64,000 bases of DNA from an uncultured delta proteobacterium (GTDB lineage: Bacteria; Myxococcota_A; Polyangia; Polyangiales; Polyangiaceae). Below are positions 26,287 through 36,565 of the stretch, one piece after another. The notes under the pieces were generated by a model. The model saw nothing but the letters and a program-made list of their open reading frames with translations, ran no database searches and was not told where the DNA came from. Position 1 is the first letter of the stretch. Each line of letters begins with the position of its first letter. The translations under genes were made by a program, and so were the position numbers. Location of the stretch: contig CAVOKF010000005.1 in assembly GCA_963696385.1 (NCBI GenBank), forward strand, positions 1 to 64,000. Direction: 5' to 3'.

Positions 26287-26808
26287 TTACCAACCCCACG
26301 TGTACTCGATTCGCGCGAAAGCTTGAATAAAGCTAGGATAGGTCGATGGCTCGGTCAGCATGTGCTCGCGGAGCGCAACTCCAATCGCCACGTCGTGGCT
26401 GAAGCGGTAGTCCACGCCTAGCGCCACAGCGGCGCCCGGCAGGAATTTGGGGCTACCGACGTCCCGGCCTCCAATGCCGTAACCTCCAATAAGGAGCCCG
26501 GCGTAGGGCACCCACTGCATGACGTCGAAGACGTACGTAATGCCCACGTTTGCATTGGCCGCCCAGGTTGGATGAGCGGTAAATGCTTCGAGCGACCATG
26601 CGCCTTCAGCAACGAGATTGAACGCATCGCTCAACCCATAAGACCCCTGCGCTCCGATGCTTGGACCGATATCGGTCCCGCGGCCGCCGACAACCAGTAT
26701 GCTTGAGCCGAGGTCGGGTCCGATCTGGTATTCGCGTTCGACGGCACCCGCCGACAATGGCAGCGTTGTGACCATTGCGGCGAGGGCAGTTTGCGCGCGA
26801 CGCTTCAT
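26287..26808 (-). CDS. Outer-membrane beta-barrel protein (OmpA-TM-like)
   Basis: Signal peptide, alternating aromatic strands, C-terminal RIEYTWGW. Confidence 0.6.
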   Translation of the reverse strand: MKRRAQTALAAMVTTLPLSAGAVEREYQIGPDLGSSILVVGGRGTDIGPSIGAQGSYGLSDAFNLVAEGAWSLEAFTAHPTWAANANVGITYVFDVMQWVPYAGLLIGGYGIGGRDVGSPKFLPGAAVALGVDYRFSHDVAIGVALREHMLTEPSTYPSFIQAFARIEYTWGW

Positions 26809-26875
26809 CGGGCACCGGCTAACGGACGCTCGATGGGGCGCTGTCGTCATCGCTTCGCACAATCAAAGATGACCC

Positions 26876-26916
26876 CCTCCCTCTCCGCCCGGACGACTCC
26901 GCGGCGGAGAGGGAGG
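26876..26916 (-). terminator. 14-bp perfect stem-loop downstream of the DsbA gene (terminator or mRNA stabiliser)
   Basis: CCTCCCTCTCCGCC (26876-26889) pairs with GGCGGAGAGGGAGG (26903-26916); U-tract is weak. Confidence 0.6.
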
Positions 26917-26932
26917 CTCGATAGGTCGGCAA

Positions 26933-28978
26933 TTACTTTGATTCGGTGAGGGCACGTTCGATGAGCTTACGGAACTTGCCATAGCTCTGAGCGCCGTTGA
27001 TGAAGTAACCACTGCTGGCGCCGGCGGGCACGATTAGGAATGCAGGCGTGCCGTTGATGGCGTCGTCATTCCCGGCTTTCTTGTCAGCGTCAATTTCGCT
27101 CGCATGCGTGCTGCCGTCGAGCGCCGCCTTCCATTTGTCCATATTCAGGTTCAGCTCTTTGGCGTAACCGTCGAGGTCGTCTCTCTTGAGCTTCTGCTGA
27201 TTTGCGAACATCTTGTCATGCAAGGCCCAAAAGGCACTCGGCCCCTTTTGCGCGTACGCTTCACGACCGGCCTGAGCAGCGAGCGGCGCGTCAGCGTGCA
27301 TTGGTAGCGGCATGTCGTGCCACACGAACTTGATGCGATCGCCATAGTCTTTGATGACTTGTTCGACCGTTGGCTCGACGCGTCCGCAGAACGGACATTG
27401 GAAGTCGCTCCACTCGTGGATGGTCACTTTCGCGCTCGTGTTGCCGCGTGCTGGGTCATTGTTCGGTAGCGACCTTGGTACGTCCTTCCTCTCGGGCTCG
27501 GGGGCACCTTTGCCGTCTTTGACGAGCACCTCATAGACCTCACCCGGTTTGGTCCCCTTCGCAATGAGGTCCTGTGCCTTCTTTATCTCCTCGTCGATTA
27601 TCTTCTCGAACTTCTCCTCGGGTTGCGCGCCCACGAGGCGACGGCCGTTGAGGAAGAAGTGGGGCGTACCGTTGGCCTGGAGATCTTCACCCAGGTCCTG
27701 ATCGGCGTCGATCTCCTTCTTGTGAAGGTGGTCGCTAATCGCCTTTTTGATTTTTTCAGAGCTCGCGCCCGTCTCGCTCGCAGTCTTCACGATCGCGTCG
27801 ATGTTAGGCATGGAGCCGTTCATGAGGATCTTCTGATCCGCGAAGAACTTGTCGTGGAGATCCCAGAAGCCCTTGTCGCCTTTCTCCGCGCGCACTTCCA
27901 GTGCGGCCTCCGCGGCCGGCTCCGCCGCCGGGTGGAAAGGGAGAGGTTCGTTTTTCCAGACGAGCCGCACCTTGTCGCCATACTTGTCGCGGATGGACTT
28001 CAGCGTCGGCTCGACGCGCCCGCAGAACGGGCACTGGAAGTCGCTGAACTCGATGATCGTAACGAGCGCATTGGGGCTCCCGAGTGCTGCGCTATTCCCA
28101 ACCGGGACCTTGAACACGGTCGTGTCGTCCGCCTTTTCGGCATCGTCGTCTTTGGCAGGCTGGGTCTTCTTGTTCTCCTTCGACAACTCAATGTAGACGC
28201 GGTTCTTCGGAGTGCCCGCCGAGATCTTCGCTTGAGCCTTCTGCAGTTCCTGGTCGATCGTTTTCTTGAAGTTGTCGAATGGCTGCGCTCCGTTGATGAA
28301 AATTCCGTTTACGAAGAACGAAGGAGTTCCTTGCACGCCGTCGGTCTTTCCGTCGTTCAGGTCCTTGTCGACTTTGTCGGCCCACCTGTGGCTCGACAGA
28401 CCGGCCTTGTACGCGGCCATGTCCCTAACGCCGGCTTCCTGCGCCCACTTCTCGTAGCTTTCCTCGCTGAGCAATCCCTGGTTTTTGAAGGCCGTATCGT
28501 GAAATTTCCAAAACGCTTCGTTGCCAGCCAACACGAACGTGCCCTGAGCCGCTTCGGCAGCCGGCTTCGCGTTCTGGTGGAAAGGCAGCGGATTGCTCTT
28601 CCAGACGATTCGAACCTTATCCGGTCCGTACGCCTGTCTCACTTGGTCGAGCGTCGGCTCGACGCGCGAGCAATAAGGGCACTGAAAATCGCTGAACTCG
28701 ACGATCGTGACGGGAGCATCGCGTTTGCCCCACATTGGGTCTTTGCTCGAGATGGCGATGGGCGACTCGCTATCATCCCAGCCGCCGAGGGTCGACGCAT
28801 TGTCGGCGGAGATGTCGCCGCCATGAGCTCGCCGCTGATCGTAGCCCCACATGAGGGCTACGCCGGCGAGAAAACAGAGCAAAAAGCCGATGACGGCGAC
28901 GCCCGTGTTGACGCCACCTCCGGTCGCAGCAGACAAGGCTGCCGGCTGATTCTTTGGTTCCTGAGACATTGAGCTCAC
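26933..28978 (-). CDS. Membrane-anchored protein with three tandem DsbA/thioredoxin domains
   Basis: SDFQCPYC, SDFQCPFC, SDFQCPFC, each followed by a GTP cis-Pro loop; N-terminal TM. Confidence 0.9.
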   Translation of the reverse strand: MSSMSQEPKNQPAALSAATGGGVNTGVAVIGFLLCFLAGVALMWGYDQRRAHGGDISADNASTLGGWDDSESPIAISSKDPMWGKRDAPVTIVEFSDFQCPYCSRVEPTLDQVRQAYGPDKVRIVWKSNPLPFHQNAKPAAEAAQGTFVLAGNEAFWKFHDTAFKNQGLLSEESYEKWAQEAGVRDMAAYKAGLSSHRWADKVDKDLNDGKTDGVQGTPSFFVNGIFINGAQPFDNFKKTIDQELQKAQAKISAGTPKNRVYIELSKENKKTQPAKDDDAEKADDTTVFKVPVGNSAALGSPNALVTIIEFSDFQCPFCGRVEPTLKSIRDKYGDKVRLVWKNEPLPFHPAAEPAAEAALEVRAEKGDKGFWDLHDKFFADQKILMNGSMPNIDAIVKTASETGASSEKIKKAISDHLHKKEIDADQDLGEDLQANGTPHFFLNGRRLVGAQPEEKFEKIIDEEIKKAQDLIAKGTKPGEVYEVLVKDGKGAPEPERKDVPRSLPNNDPARGNTSAKVTIHEWSDFQCPFCGRVEPTVEQVIKDYGDRIKFVWHDMPLPMHADAPLAAQAGREAYAQKGPSAFWALHDKMFANQQKLKRDDLDGYAKELNLNMDKWKAALDGSTHASEIDADKKAGNDDAINGTPAFLIVPAGASSGYFINGAQSYGKFRKLIERALTESK

Positions 28979-29123
28979 CTATGCTTTTCATAAAATATGC
29001 GAATTCCCGCAATTGCGCAGCGGGAGGTCCGCGAACGCATCACAAACCGAAAGAAGCCCCGACCGCATCGCAGAAACCACGCGCGCGCCCGGTTGGGGTC
29101 TCATGATTCGGCGCGCGCGCACC

Positions 29124-29561
29124 CTATCCGCGTGGCGGACGCTCGACGCGCGACGTTACGCCGCCGCATGCTAATGGGATTCGTTCCGCGGGATCGAAGG
29201 GCTCCCGGACGGCGCAACCCATGATGACGCCTCGCGGCAGGGCTGCCGCTGGACCATCCGTCCCCCAGGTTGCGCCTAGGCGCCCCCGCACGACACTCGC
29301 GAAGAGCGAGTGTGCGTCCCCGGCGTCCGTGCATGAGCGCGCTCTCGCGATCGCCTCGTCCGGCGCGTCGAGTGCCGGGGGCATCGCAATTGCGCTCGCG
29401 CCGCGGTCGTCGCAAAACGGGGCCGATGACGCCAACGCGGGCGGGGCAAGCGTCCACAATGCGAGGACGAGACCCGCAACGAGGCCTGCGCGAAGGATGC
29501 CGCTCCGGACCATTGGGGCGCTACTTTGGATCGGCCCTACGCCGTTCGGCAAGCCGTTCAT
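29124..29561 (-). CDS. Hypothetical secreted protein
   Basis: Signal-like segment, APFCDDRGASAIA; ATGA-coupled to the upstream gene. Confidence 0.5.
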   Translation of the reverse strand: MNGLPNGVGPIQSSAPMVRSGILRAGLVAGLVLALWTLAPPALASSAPFCDDRGASAIAMPPALDAPDEAIARARSCTDAGDAHSLFASVVRGRLGATWGTDGPAAALPRGVIMGCAVREPFDPAERIPLACGGVTSRVERPPRG

Positions 29562-31543
29562 CGCACCGGAACGTCAATGGCACAGACGGTTCGCCGCATC
29601 ATGTGTGCCGCAGCCCAGCTGCACGTCTCCGTCGTCCAAAGGCGAGTATGCGCCGCAGCGAGGGCGTCGCGGACTGTCGTTCGCCGGGTGGCTACGGTCG
29701 CCGCATCGTGGGCCTCGTCGTCAGGGAGCCGTCGCACCGCGAGTCGCGCGAGTGTCGACGCATCGCGGCCGAGAGCCGTCCACCAGCCGATCGGGCCGAG
29801 GGTCGATGAAAACCTTTGCAGCTCGTCTTGGCGGGGGTCGTCGGGGCCGGTTGTTGGCACCACTCCGGCATGCGCGGATACGACGCGCAGGCCAGCGGCG
29901 TGAAACGGGACGCCCGCGGCTTCCAGCGTCAGAGCGACGACCCCATGGGCGCGTGCTTCTGTCAGTTCAGAGACCACGTCGCTCGCGCAGCCGGGCGAGC
30001 CACTGACGAGCCAGGCGACCACCCCTTCGCGATCCCACGCCCGAACAGGAAAGCGCGGCTCACCCGCCCACGGCGCAACCGCGTCACAGGATACCGGTGT
30101 GGCGAACGTTATTCCGTCAACTGGGCCGGCTTGCGCGGGGAAGTCGCTGAGCTCGCTCTTGTCGACCAGCGGCGCGACCGGTTGGATGCCGAGCGCGGGT
30201 GCAGCTCGGACGAGCGCGCTAACCACGTTGTCCCGCGGTTCGCCGAGAACGAAGCCGAACGCGGGGGAGGCCTCTTGCTGGGCGGGAGGGACCAGGACGA
30301 TTACGGCGACCGAGTGACTCTCCGCCCAGCGCATTGCCCTCGCCGCCGTCTGGGAGTCCAGCGCTGCGATGATGACCGCGGCGCCCTCTCCCGCGAGCTC
30401 GTCAAGAGAGAGCTCGGTTCTGTCGCTAATACCCGCGTCATTGCGCGTGACGAGGCGCACCCCTTCGTCGGGACCAAACTCAGCAGCGTCGGGTATAGGC
30501 TGCAGCGCACCGCACGTCCACGTGGCGTCGCCCGATCTGGTGCTGGCCGCAGATGGGATCCCGCCGAGCGCATGCACGCCCCTGGGCAAGCCGAGCGCCC
30601 ACATAACGCCCCGAAGAACGTCCGCGGATTCATCGCGCAGTCCGGGAGACTCCGTCGGAAGTAGCAGCCCGATCGTTTGCCCGTGGACGATGTTCAGTCC
30701 TCGCCCGCTATTGGCCACCTCCCCAAGGGCGGCGGTCACCTCGACTGCCATCGATACCCCCTCCGAATCCTCATCGAGGAGCATGCGGGCGAGCTGCGCG
30801 TCTCCGCTCGTCGTCGCAATTTGCACGAGGCGATCGAAAAGGATCCGCTGGATATCGACACCGTAGCCCAAGCGGGTGCGCCGAGATCGCATTGCTCGCA
30901 GCGCGCCGACGAGCACCTCCTCCCGGAGCTGTGCCACCATCGCGCCAACGCGAGCGATCACATTAGGTCTGTCCTCATCGCCGCTCGCCCGAAGCCAGGC
31001 ATCCATGTACGAGATGGCTTCGTAATCGCGGTGCGTTGCGAGCGCGGTTAGGGTCAGCTCCTCTTCGAAGCTCGATCGCGCGATCGGATCGACGCTCTTG
31101 CCGACGAGGGGCCTCAACAGTGCGAGCGCCGCGTCCGCATCGCCGCCCAGCCGAAGTCGCTTGGCGCTCGCCACGGTCCAGAGATCGCGCACGGTGCCCG
31201 CAGGCAGGCCGACCGTGCGTTGCAGTTCGACGTCGGCCGTGACGAAGTCGCTCTGGCGTAGCGCCACAAGAGCCAGGGCGACCTCGGCAAGCGGGACAGC
31301 TTCGTCGTGCGGATAGTGCGACAAAAGGCTCTCCAGCATCGCGCGCAGCACTTCAGGCTTGGAGTGCTCCGGGTCGATCCATGCCGCGCGAATCGCCCCG
31401 AACGCAGCGGCGGTCTGAGGCGATGATGGCAAGATCGCAACGGGAATTGGTCCGCGGAAGTCGCTTCCGCGTCCACACGCCGCGGCCAGCGTGAGCATCG
31501 CCCCCGCGATCACCGTGCGCGTCATACGAATTTGCACCCGCAT
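29558..31543 (-). CDS. LppC/LpoA-like lipoprotein (TPR-like N-terminus plus periplasmic-binding type I domain)
   Basis: Lipobox LAAAC; TIGLLLP; helical N-terminus; WWTALGRDA. Confidence 0.55.
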   Translation of the reverse strand: MRVQIRMTRTVIAGAMLTLAAACGRGSDFRGPIPVAILPSSPQTAAAFGAIRAAWIDPEHSKPEVLRAMLESLLSHYPHDEAVPLAEVALALVALRQSDFVTADVELQRTVGLPAGTVRDLWTVASAKRLRLGGDADAALALLRPLVGKSVDPIARSSFEEELTLTALATHRDYEAISYMDAWLRASGDEDRPNVIARVGAMVAQLREEVLVGALRAMRSRRTRLGYGVDIQRILFDRLVQIATTSGDAQLARMLLDEDSEGVSMAVEVTAALGEVANSGRGLNIVHGQTIGLLLPTESPGLRDESADVLRGVMWALGLPRGVHALGGIPSAASTRSGDATWTCGALQPIPDAAEFGPDEGVRLVTRNDAGISDRTELSLDELAGEGAAVIIAALDSQTAARAMRWAESHSVAVIVLVPPAQQEASPAFGFVLGEPRDNVVSALVRAAPALGIQPVAPLVDKSELSDFPAQAGPVDGITFATPVSCDAVAPWAGEPRFPVRAWDREGVVAWLVSGSPGCASDVVSELTEARAHGVVALTLEAAGVPFHAAGLRVVSAHAGVVPTTGPDDPRQDELQRFSSTLGPIGWWTALGRDASTLARLAVRRLPDDEAHDAATVATRRTTVRDALAAAHTRLWTTETCSWAAAHMMRRTVCAIDVPVR

Positions 31544-31602
31544 GCGGTAGCATCCTTAACACGCGGTTCTCGTCCCATCTTCCTCAGCACCTACGCGCCG
31601 GC

Positions 31603-32280
31603 GTGCATCGTCTCTTTGCACTGACGGGCACAGTTCCGTTGGGCGCCTTTCTCGTCATCCATGCGGCGCTCAATGCCACCGCGCTTTGGGGAACGGGCAC
31701 GCTCCGCGCAACAACGGGCCTGCTTCAACGCATTCCGGGATTGCGGATGGTCGAGGTGTTGTTCGTGTTTGCGCCGTTGGTGGCACATGGTGGAATCGGT
31801 CTTTGGCTTACCTTAACGCGCACTTCCCTCGCGATGCCAAGGCCTTATTCGAGGGCGATGCGTGTTGCGCTCCGAGCGAGCGGAGTCGCGGCCGTGGCGT
31901 TCATTGGCATCCACCTCAGCGAGGTTCGATTTCGCGGTTCGGGGGCGCCCCTCGGCGGCGACGTGATCGCCACCGTGCTGGCGGCGGACCTATCGGCGAC
32001 GAATCACGGTGTGCCGTGGCGCGGAGCCGTATATCTCGTCGGCACGGCTTGTGTGGCGTTTCATTTCGCGTCCGGACTGTGGGGACGCCTTGCGGCACGC
32101 GGTGACGGTGGTACGACAGCGGGGAGATTGGCGGCCCTCGCGGCCGGATCGGTGGGGGTGGTGCTCTGGCTCATGTTGCTTCTGGTCGTTCTCTTTCATG
32201 CCACTGGAGTTCGGCCCTTTGGCGGAAGCGCGGATGAAGACGGGAGCGCGACGGAGTCTTGTCCCGTGCTGTCGCGATGA
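31603..32280 (+). CDS. sdhC: Succinate dehydrogenase cytochrome b558 subunit
   Basis: LTGTVPLGAFLVIH; PLVAHGGIG; FIGIH; FHFASGLW (haem-ligand His pattern). Confidence 0.8.
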   Translation: MHRLFALTGTVPLGAFLVIHAALNATALWGTGTLRATTGLLQRIPGLRMVEVLFVFAPLVAHGGIGLWLTLTRTSLAMPRPYSRAMRVALRASGVAAVAFIGIHLSEVRFRGSGAPLGGDVIATVLAADLSATNHGVPWRGAVYLVGTACVAFHFASGLWGRLAARGDGGTTAGRLAALAAGSVGVVLWLMLLLVVLFHATGVRPFGGSADEDGSATESCPVLSR

Positions 32281-32365
32281 GTTGTGGCGAGCCGATAGCA
32301 GGCAGCCCTCAGCCGAAAGCAGCCCATTGCGATGCGCAACGACACGGGTGTGAAACGTCGTCGCA

Positions 32366-33190
32366 ATGGCCGTGTCCGGGGCCGCGCGTCATTCTGTGGC
32401 GGTCATGCCGTGGGCCGATTACGATTGGGCGTCTGCGGAAGATGTCGTACCCAGCGCGTTCGTCGACGGGTTCGTCGCCTCGATGCCGGCGCGCTACGGT
32501 TTTCTGTTCGAGGCTCGAGCTATTCAGCGGCACGCGGGCGTCTCGTTCCGTCGGGGTGAGCGGCCTGCGCACGTCGAGCTCTGGCGTTCATTGCCGGACC
32601 GCAGCGCCGCGTTCTGTGTCGTCGCTCAGGATCGCCCCGGCCTCCTGTCGGCCATTGCTGCCGCGCTCGTGCTTCACAAGCTCGACGTGATTACGGCGCT
32701 CGTCTTCTCTCGGCCGCTATCCTGCGAGATGTCGGAGGCCGTGGATTTGGTGTGGGTCCGGCGTGTGAGCGCCGTCGACACGGCCGCGATCGATGCCGAC
32801 GAAGCCGACTCGATCGGCGAAGTGCTGAGTGCAATCCTGTCGGGAATCATCTCCGTCGAACACATCGCGTCGCGGGCGTTTCCGCTGCCGCCTGGCACCG
32901 AGCAGAGCGTCGTCGTTCGCTTCGAGCCGATGGACGATGATGGTCTTGCGGCCCTCATTGTCGAAGCGCCCGACCGGCCCGGCATCCTGTTGACGATCGC
33001 TCTTGAATTGTTTCAACAGGGAGCTCAGATCGCGCGATCGCTCGTGAGGACCAGCGACGGCCGGGCGTTCAATCGCTTCGAGATCGTCGAGTTCAGCGGT
33101 GCGCCTCTTACCGACGAGCGGCGAGAACAGATTCGGAACGCGGTGTTTGCCGCCCTCGCTCTCACCGAACCATCCTTGGGGTCGCCATGA
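32366..33190 (+). CDS. Stand-alone double-ACT domain protein resembling the GlnD C-terminus
   Basis: DRPGLLSAIAAAL and DRPGILLTIALEL ACT motifs; no NTase or HD domain. Confidence 0.75.
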   Translation: MAVSGAARHSVAVMPWADYDWASAEDVVPSAFVDGFVASMPARYGFLFEARAIQRHAGVSFRRGERPAHVELWRSLPDRSAAFCVVAQDRPGLLSAIAAALVLHKLDVITALVFSRPLSCEMSEAVDLVWVRRVSAVDTAAIDADEADSIGEVLSAILSGIISVEHIASRAFPLPPGTEQSVVVRFEPMDDDGLAALIVEAPDRPGILLTIALELFQQGAQIARSLVRTSDGRAFNRFEIVEFSGAPLTDERREQIRNAVFAALALTEPSLGSP

Positions 33191-33278
33191 CCCGAGTGGA
33201 CACATGCGAGGGTGCTCTCCTCCGTTTGACACACGTGTTCATTTCTCCTACGGCACTTGCAGGAAGGCCGTCCCGAAA

Positions 33279-35327
33279 TTGCTTACTCAAACCGAGTCCG
33301 GGAATGTCCGCCGAGTCGTCGTCGTTGGCGGCGGTCTCGCTGGGCTGATGACCGTCATCAAGCTTTGTGAGGCGGGCGTTCCGGTCGATCTGTTTTCGCT
33401 CGTTCCGGTGAAGCGGTCGCACTCGGTCTGCGCTCAGGGCGGTATCAACGCGAGCGTCGACACCAAAGGTGAGGGCGACTCGCCGCAGGTGCACTTGGAA
33501 GAAACGGTGTATGGCGGTGATTTCCTCGCTAACCAGCCCCCGGTCAAAGGCATGTGCGACGCGGCGCCCGCCATCGTTTTCATGCTTGACCGCATGGGCG
33601 TGCCATTCAATCGCACGGCTGAAGGCTTGCTAGATTTCCGTCGCTTCGGCGGGACCCTATTTCATCGCACGGCGTTTGCTGGAGCAACGACGGGCCAGCA
33701 GTTGCTCTACGCGCTTGACGAGCAGGTGCGGCGTTGGGAAATCGTCGAGGTTGAGGACGAGCGAGGGCAACACGTTCCCGGGCAGCCGATGGTGCGCAAG
33801 TTCGAGTGGTGGGATTTTCTCGCGCTCGTGAACGACGACGACGGCATTTGTCGAGGAATCGTTGCACAGGACCTGAAGACGATGGCCATCAGAGCCTTCC
33901 CGGGTGAAGCCGTTTGCTTGGCGACTGGCGGCTGCGGCATCATCTTCGGAAGAACGACGAACAGTGTCATCAATACGGGAACGGCGTCGAGCGCGGTCTA
34001 TCAGCAGGGCGCCTGCTACGCGAACGGCGAGTTCATACAGGTCCATCCAACCGCGATTCCCGGGACCGACAAGCTGCGCCTCATCTCGGAAAGCGCTCGC
34101 GGAGAGGGCGGGCGCATCTGGGTCCCGCGTGATCCCCGCGAGCGTCGGTCTGGCCGGGAGGTCCCGGAGAGCGCTCGCGATTATTTCTTGGAAGAGAAAT
34201 ATCCGGGCTACGGCAATCTCGTCCCCCGGGACATCGCGAGCCGCGAGCTCTTCAGAAAATGCTTTCATGCGGATCGCGGCGTCTACAACGCAAAGAGCGG
34301 CCGGAACGAAAACGAAGTGTATCTGGATGTGACGCACCTGCCGCGCGAGGTGCTTCGAAAGAAACTCGCGGGCGTATTGGAAATTTATGAGAAATTCGCT
34401 GGCGAGGACCCGTACACGAATCCGATGCGGGTATTTCCCGCCGTGCACTATTCGATGGGCGGACTCTGGGTGGACTTCGAGCGTGCCGCCAACGGGTCGC
34501 TCGTGATGGCTTCACCCCGCAATCAGGCGACGAATGTGCCTGGCCTCTACGCTTGCGGCGAAGTCGACTATCAATATCATGGCGCGAATCGGCTCGGCGC
34601 CAACTCGCTGCTTTCGTGCCTGTGGGGCGGCATGGTGACCGGTCCGGCCATCGCAGCGTATCGAAAGAACCTTGCCCGTGGAGCGTGGGACATGCCGTCG
34701 TCGCTCTTTGAAAAGGCTGAGCGCCGCGAGCAGAGAAAGTTTAGTGCCATCCTGGCGATGACGGGTAACGAGAATCCCTATGTCCTGCACGACGAGCTCG
34801 GCAAGGCGATGCTTGTCGACTGCACTATCGAGCGCGACAATCGGAGGCTCGCTCAAGTGATCGCAAAGATTGAAGAGCTCGATGAGCGATCACGGCGCGC
34901 TGGCGTCACGGACACGGCGACGGGTGTGATGAATCAGGGGGCGCAGTTCCTGCGGCATCTTTGCAATATGATCGTTTTGGCTCGCGTCATCGCGACCGGA
35001 GCGCGGGCGCGAGACGAGTCACGTGGTGCCCACTTCAAACCCGAGTTTGCCCAACGTGACGATGCGACGTGGATGCGAACGACCCTGGCCTTCCATCAGG
35101 GCGCAGCAAACGGTGCTCCTGACGCTGTCCGGTACGTTCGCGCATTTGACTACACTTTGGGGGGCGAGCGCATCCACGTGACCGATGATGTCGACGTCAC
35201 CCTCGTTCGACCGAGGACCCGTAGGTACGAGATGGCGGGCGCAGCGAGCGAGGCCGCGAAGGGTGGCCTCGAGTCAGTTGGGCTGTCGTCGCTCGGCGAT
35301 GCCGTGCAGACCGAAAAGGGCGTATGA
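33279..35327 (+). CDS. sdhA: Succinate dehydrogenase flavoprotein subunit
   Basis: GGGLAG; RSHSVCAQGG; EFIQVHPT; SESARGEGG; HYSMGG; HGANRLGANSL; ESRGAH. Start (TTG 33279) inferred. Confidence 0.95.
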   Translation: MLTQTESGNVRRVVVVGGGLAGLMTVIKLCEAGVPVDLFSLVPVKRSHSVCAQGGINASVDTKGEGDSPQVHLEETVYGGDFLANQPPVKGMCDAAPAIVFMLDRMGVPFNRTAEGLLDFRRFGGTLFHRTAFAGATTGQQLLYALDEQVRRWEIVEVEDERGQHVPGQPMVRKFEWWDFLALVNDDDGICRGIVAQDLKTMAIRAFPGEAVCLATGGCGIIFGRTTNSVINTGTASSAVYQQGACYANGEFIQVHPTAIPGTDKLRLISESARGEGGRIWVPRDPRERRSGREVPESARDYFLEEKYPGYGNLVPRDIASRELFRKCFHADRGVYNAKSGRNENEVYLDVTHLPREVLRKKLAGVLEIYEKFAGEDPYTNPMRVFPAVHYSMGGLWVDFERAANGSLVMASPRNQATNVPGLYACGEVDYQYHGANRLGANSLLSCLWGGMVTGPAIAAYRKNLARGAWDMPSSLFEKAERREQRKFSAILAMTGNENPYVLHDELGKAMLVDCTIERDNRRLAQVIAKIEELDERSRRAGVTDTATGVMNQGAQFLRHLCNMIVLARVIATGARARDESRGAHFKPEFAQRDDATWMRTTLAFHQGAANGAPDAVRYVRAFDYTLGGERIHVTDDVDVTLVRPRTRRYEMAGAASEAAKGGLESVGLSSLGDAVQTEKGV

Positions 35328-35336
35328 ACGGTCAGG

Positions 35337-36098
35337 ATGGCCAAGCAGCGTATCGTCAAGCTTAGGGTGAAGCGCCAGGACGGGCCGAATTCGTCTGCGT
35401 ATTGGCATGATTTCGAAGTCGCTTGGCAGCCGCAGATGAATGTGATCGGCGCGCTGATGGAGATTCGCCGACGGCCTGTCGCATTCGGAGGGCAGAAGGT
35501 CACGCCAGTCGTCTGGGAGTGCGTATGCCTCGAAGAAGTTTGCGGCTCGTGCACGATGATCATTAACGGGCGCGTCCGGCAGTCATGCAGCGCGCTCATT
35601 GATCACGTCGCGCCCGATGGGGAAACGATCGTGCTCGAACCGATGACCAAGTTTCCCGTGGTGCGCGATCTCGTCGTCGATCGATCCAAGATGTTCGATG
35701 ATCTGAAGCGCGTAAAGGCTTGGGTTCAGCTTGACGGATCGCACCCGCTCGGCCCCGGTCCGCGTCAATCGCAAGGGAGCCAGGAGCAAGCCTATCCGCT
35801 CTCACGGTGCATGACCTGTGGGTGTTGTCTCGAAGCGTGCCCGCAAGTCAACGCTGGCAGTGCATTCGTCGGCCCGGCCGCTGTCAGTCAGGTGCGCCTC
35901 TTCAATTTGCATCCAAGCGGCGAGATGCATGAGGCGGAGCGACTTGACACCGTCATGGGCGATGGCGGTGTCGAGGATTGCGGCAAGGCCCAGAACTGTG
36001 TCGAGGTCTGTCCGAAAGAGATTCCGCTGGTCGACTCGATCGCGGCGGTGGGGCGAGCGGCAACGAAGCGCATGCTTCTTGGCTGGCTGCTTGGGTAG
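35337..36098 (+). CDS. sdhB: Succinate dehydrogenase iron-sulfur subunit
   Basis: CLEEVCGSC; CMTCGCCLEACP; CGKAQNCVEVCP. Confidence 0.95.
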   Translation: MAKQRIVKLRVKRQDGPNSSAYWHDFEVAWQPQMNVIGALMEIRRRPVAFGGQKVTPVVWECVCLEEVCGSCTMIINGRVRQSCSALIDHVAPDGETIVLEPMTKFPVVRDLVVDRSKMFDDLKRVKAWVQLDGSHPLGPGPRQSQGSQEQAYPLSRCMTCGCCLEACPQVNAGSAFVGPAAVSQVRLFNLHPSGEMHEAERLDTVMGDGGVEDCGKAQNCVEVCPKEIPLVDSIAAVGRAATKRMLLGWLLG

Positions 36099-36204
36099 CT
36101 CTCGCGAATAAGAAATTTGGCCCTGCGGCGCGTGCTGCGATACCGCATGAATCCGGCAACGCTCCGATCTTGGACGGGCCACTTCCCCATAGGAGCCGTG
36201 GACG

Positions 36205-36543
36205 ATGAACCACCTGATTAGCGCCGTGACGATTCCGAAGGCGCGTACACTGGCCGATCGCGTGCGTGACGTCGCAAGCTCCCTCGGCTGCGATGCCATA
36301 TGGGTCCGGGCCTCGGGCCCACACGTGTTGCTGGGTCTCAGTGCGGACGAGCCCTTCGCACGTGTGACCCCGCTTGGAAGCGGCGCGTTTGGACTGTCCT
36401 TTCGAAGGGTCGACCCTTCGGTGCTTTCGCGGGCGCACGAGTGGGAACCCTTGCTGCTCGTCGATTCACTGAGCGATATCGTCGAGCACGCACTGATTGG
36501 GGCCGCCGCGCCGCTTCGGCCCCTTGACGGTTCGGGCAGTTGA
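36205..36543 (+). CDS. Hypothetical protein
   Basis: AGGAG RBS and protein-like composition. Confidence 0.5.
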   Translation: MNHLISAVTIPKARTLADRVRDVASSLGCDAIWVRASGPHVLLGLSADEPFARVTPLGSGAFGLSFRRVDPSVLSRAHEWEPLLLVDSLSDIVEHALIGAAAPLRPLDGSGS

Positions 36544-36565
36544 CACAAATGGTACTCTGAGCCGC

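Noticed and set aside
27623..28972. 449-aa plus-strand ORF
   Set aside because: Antisense shadow of the triple-DsbA gene, typical of high-GC codon bias.
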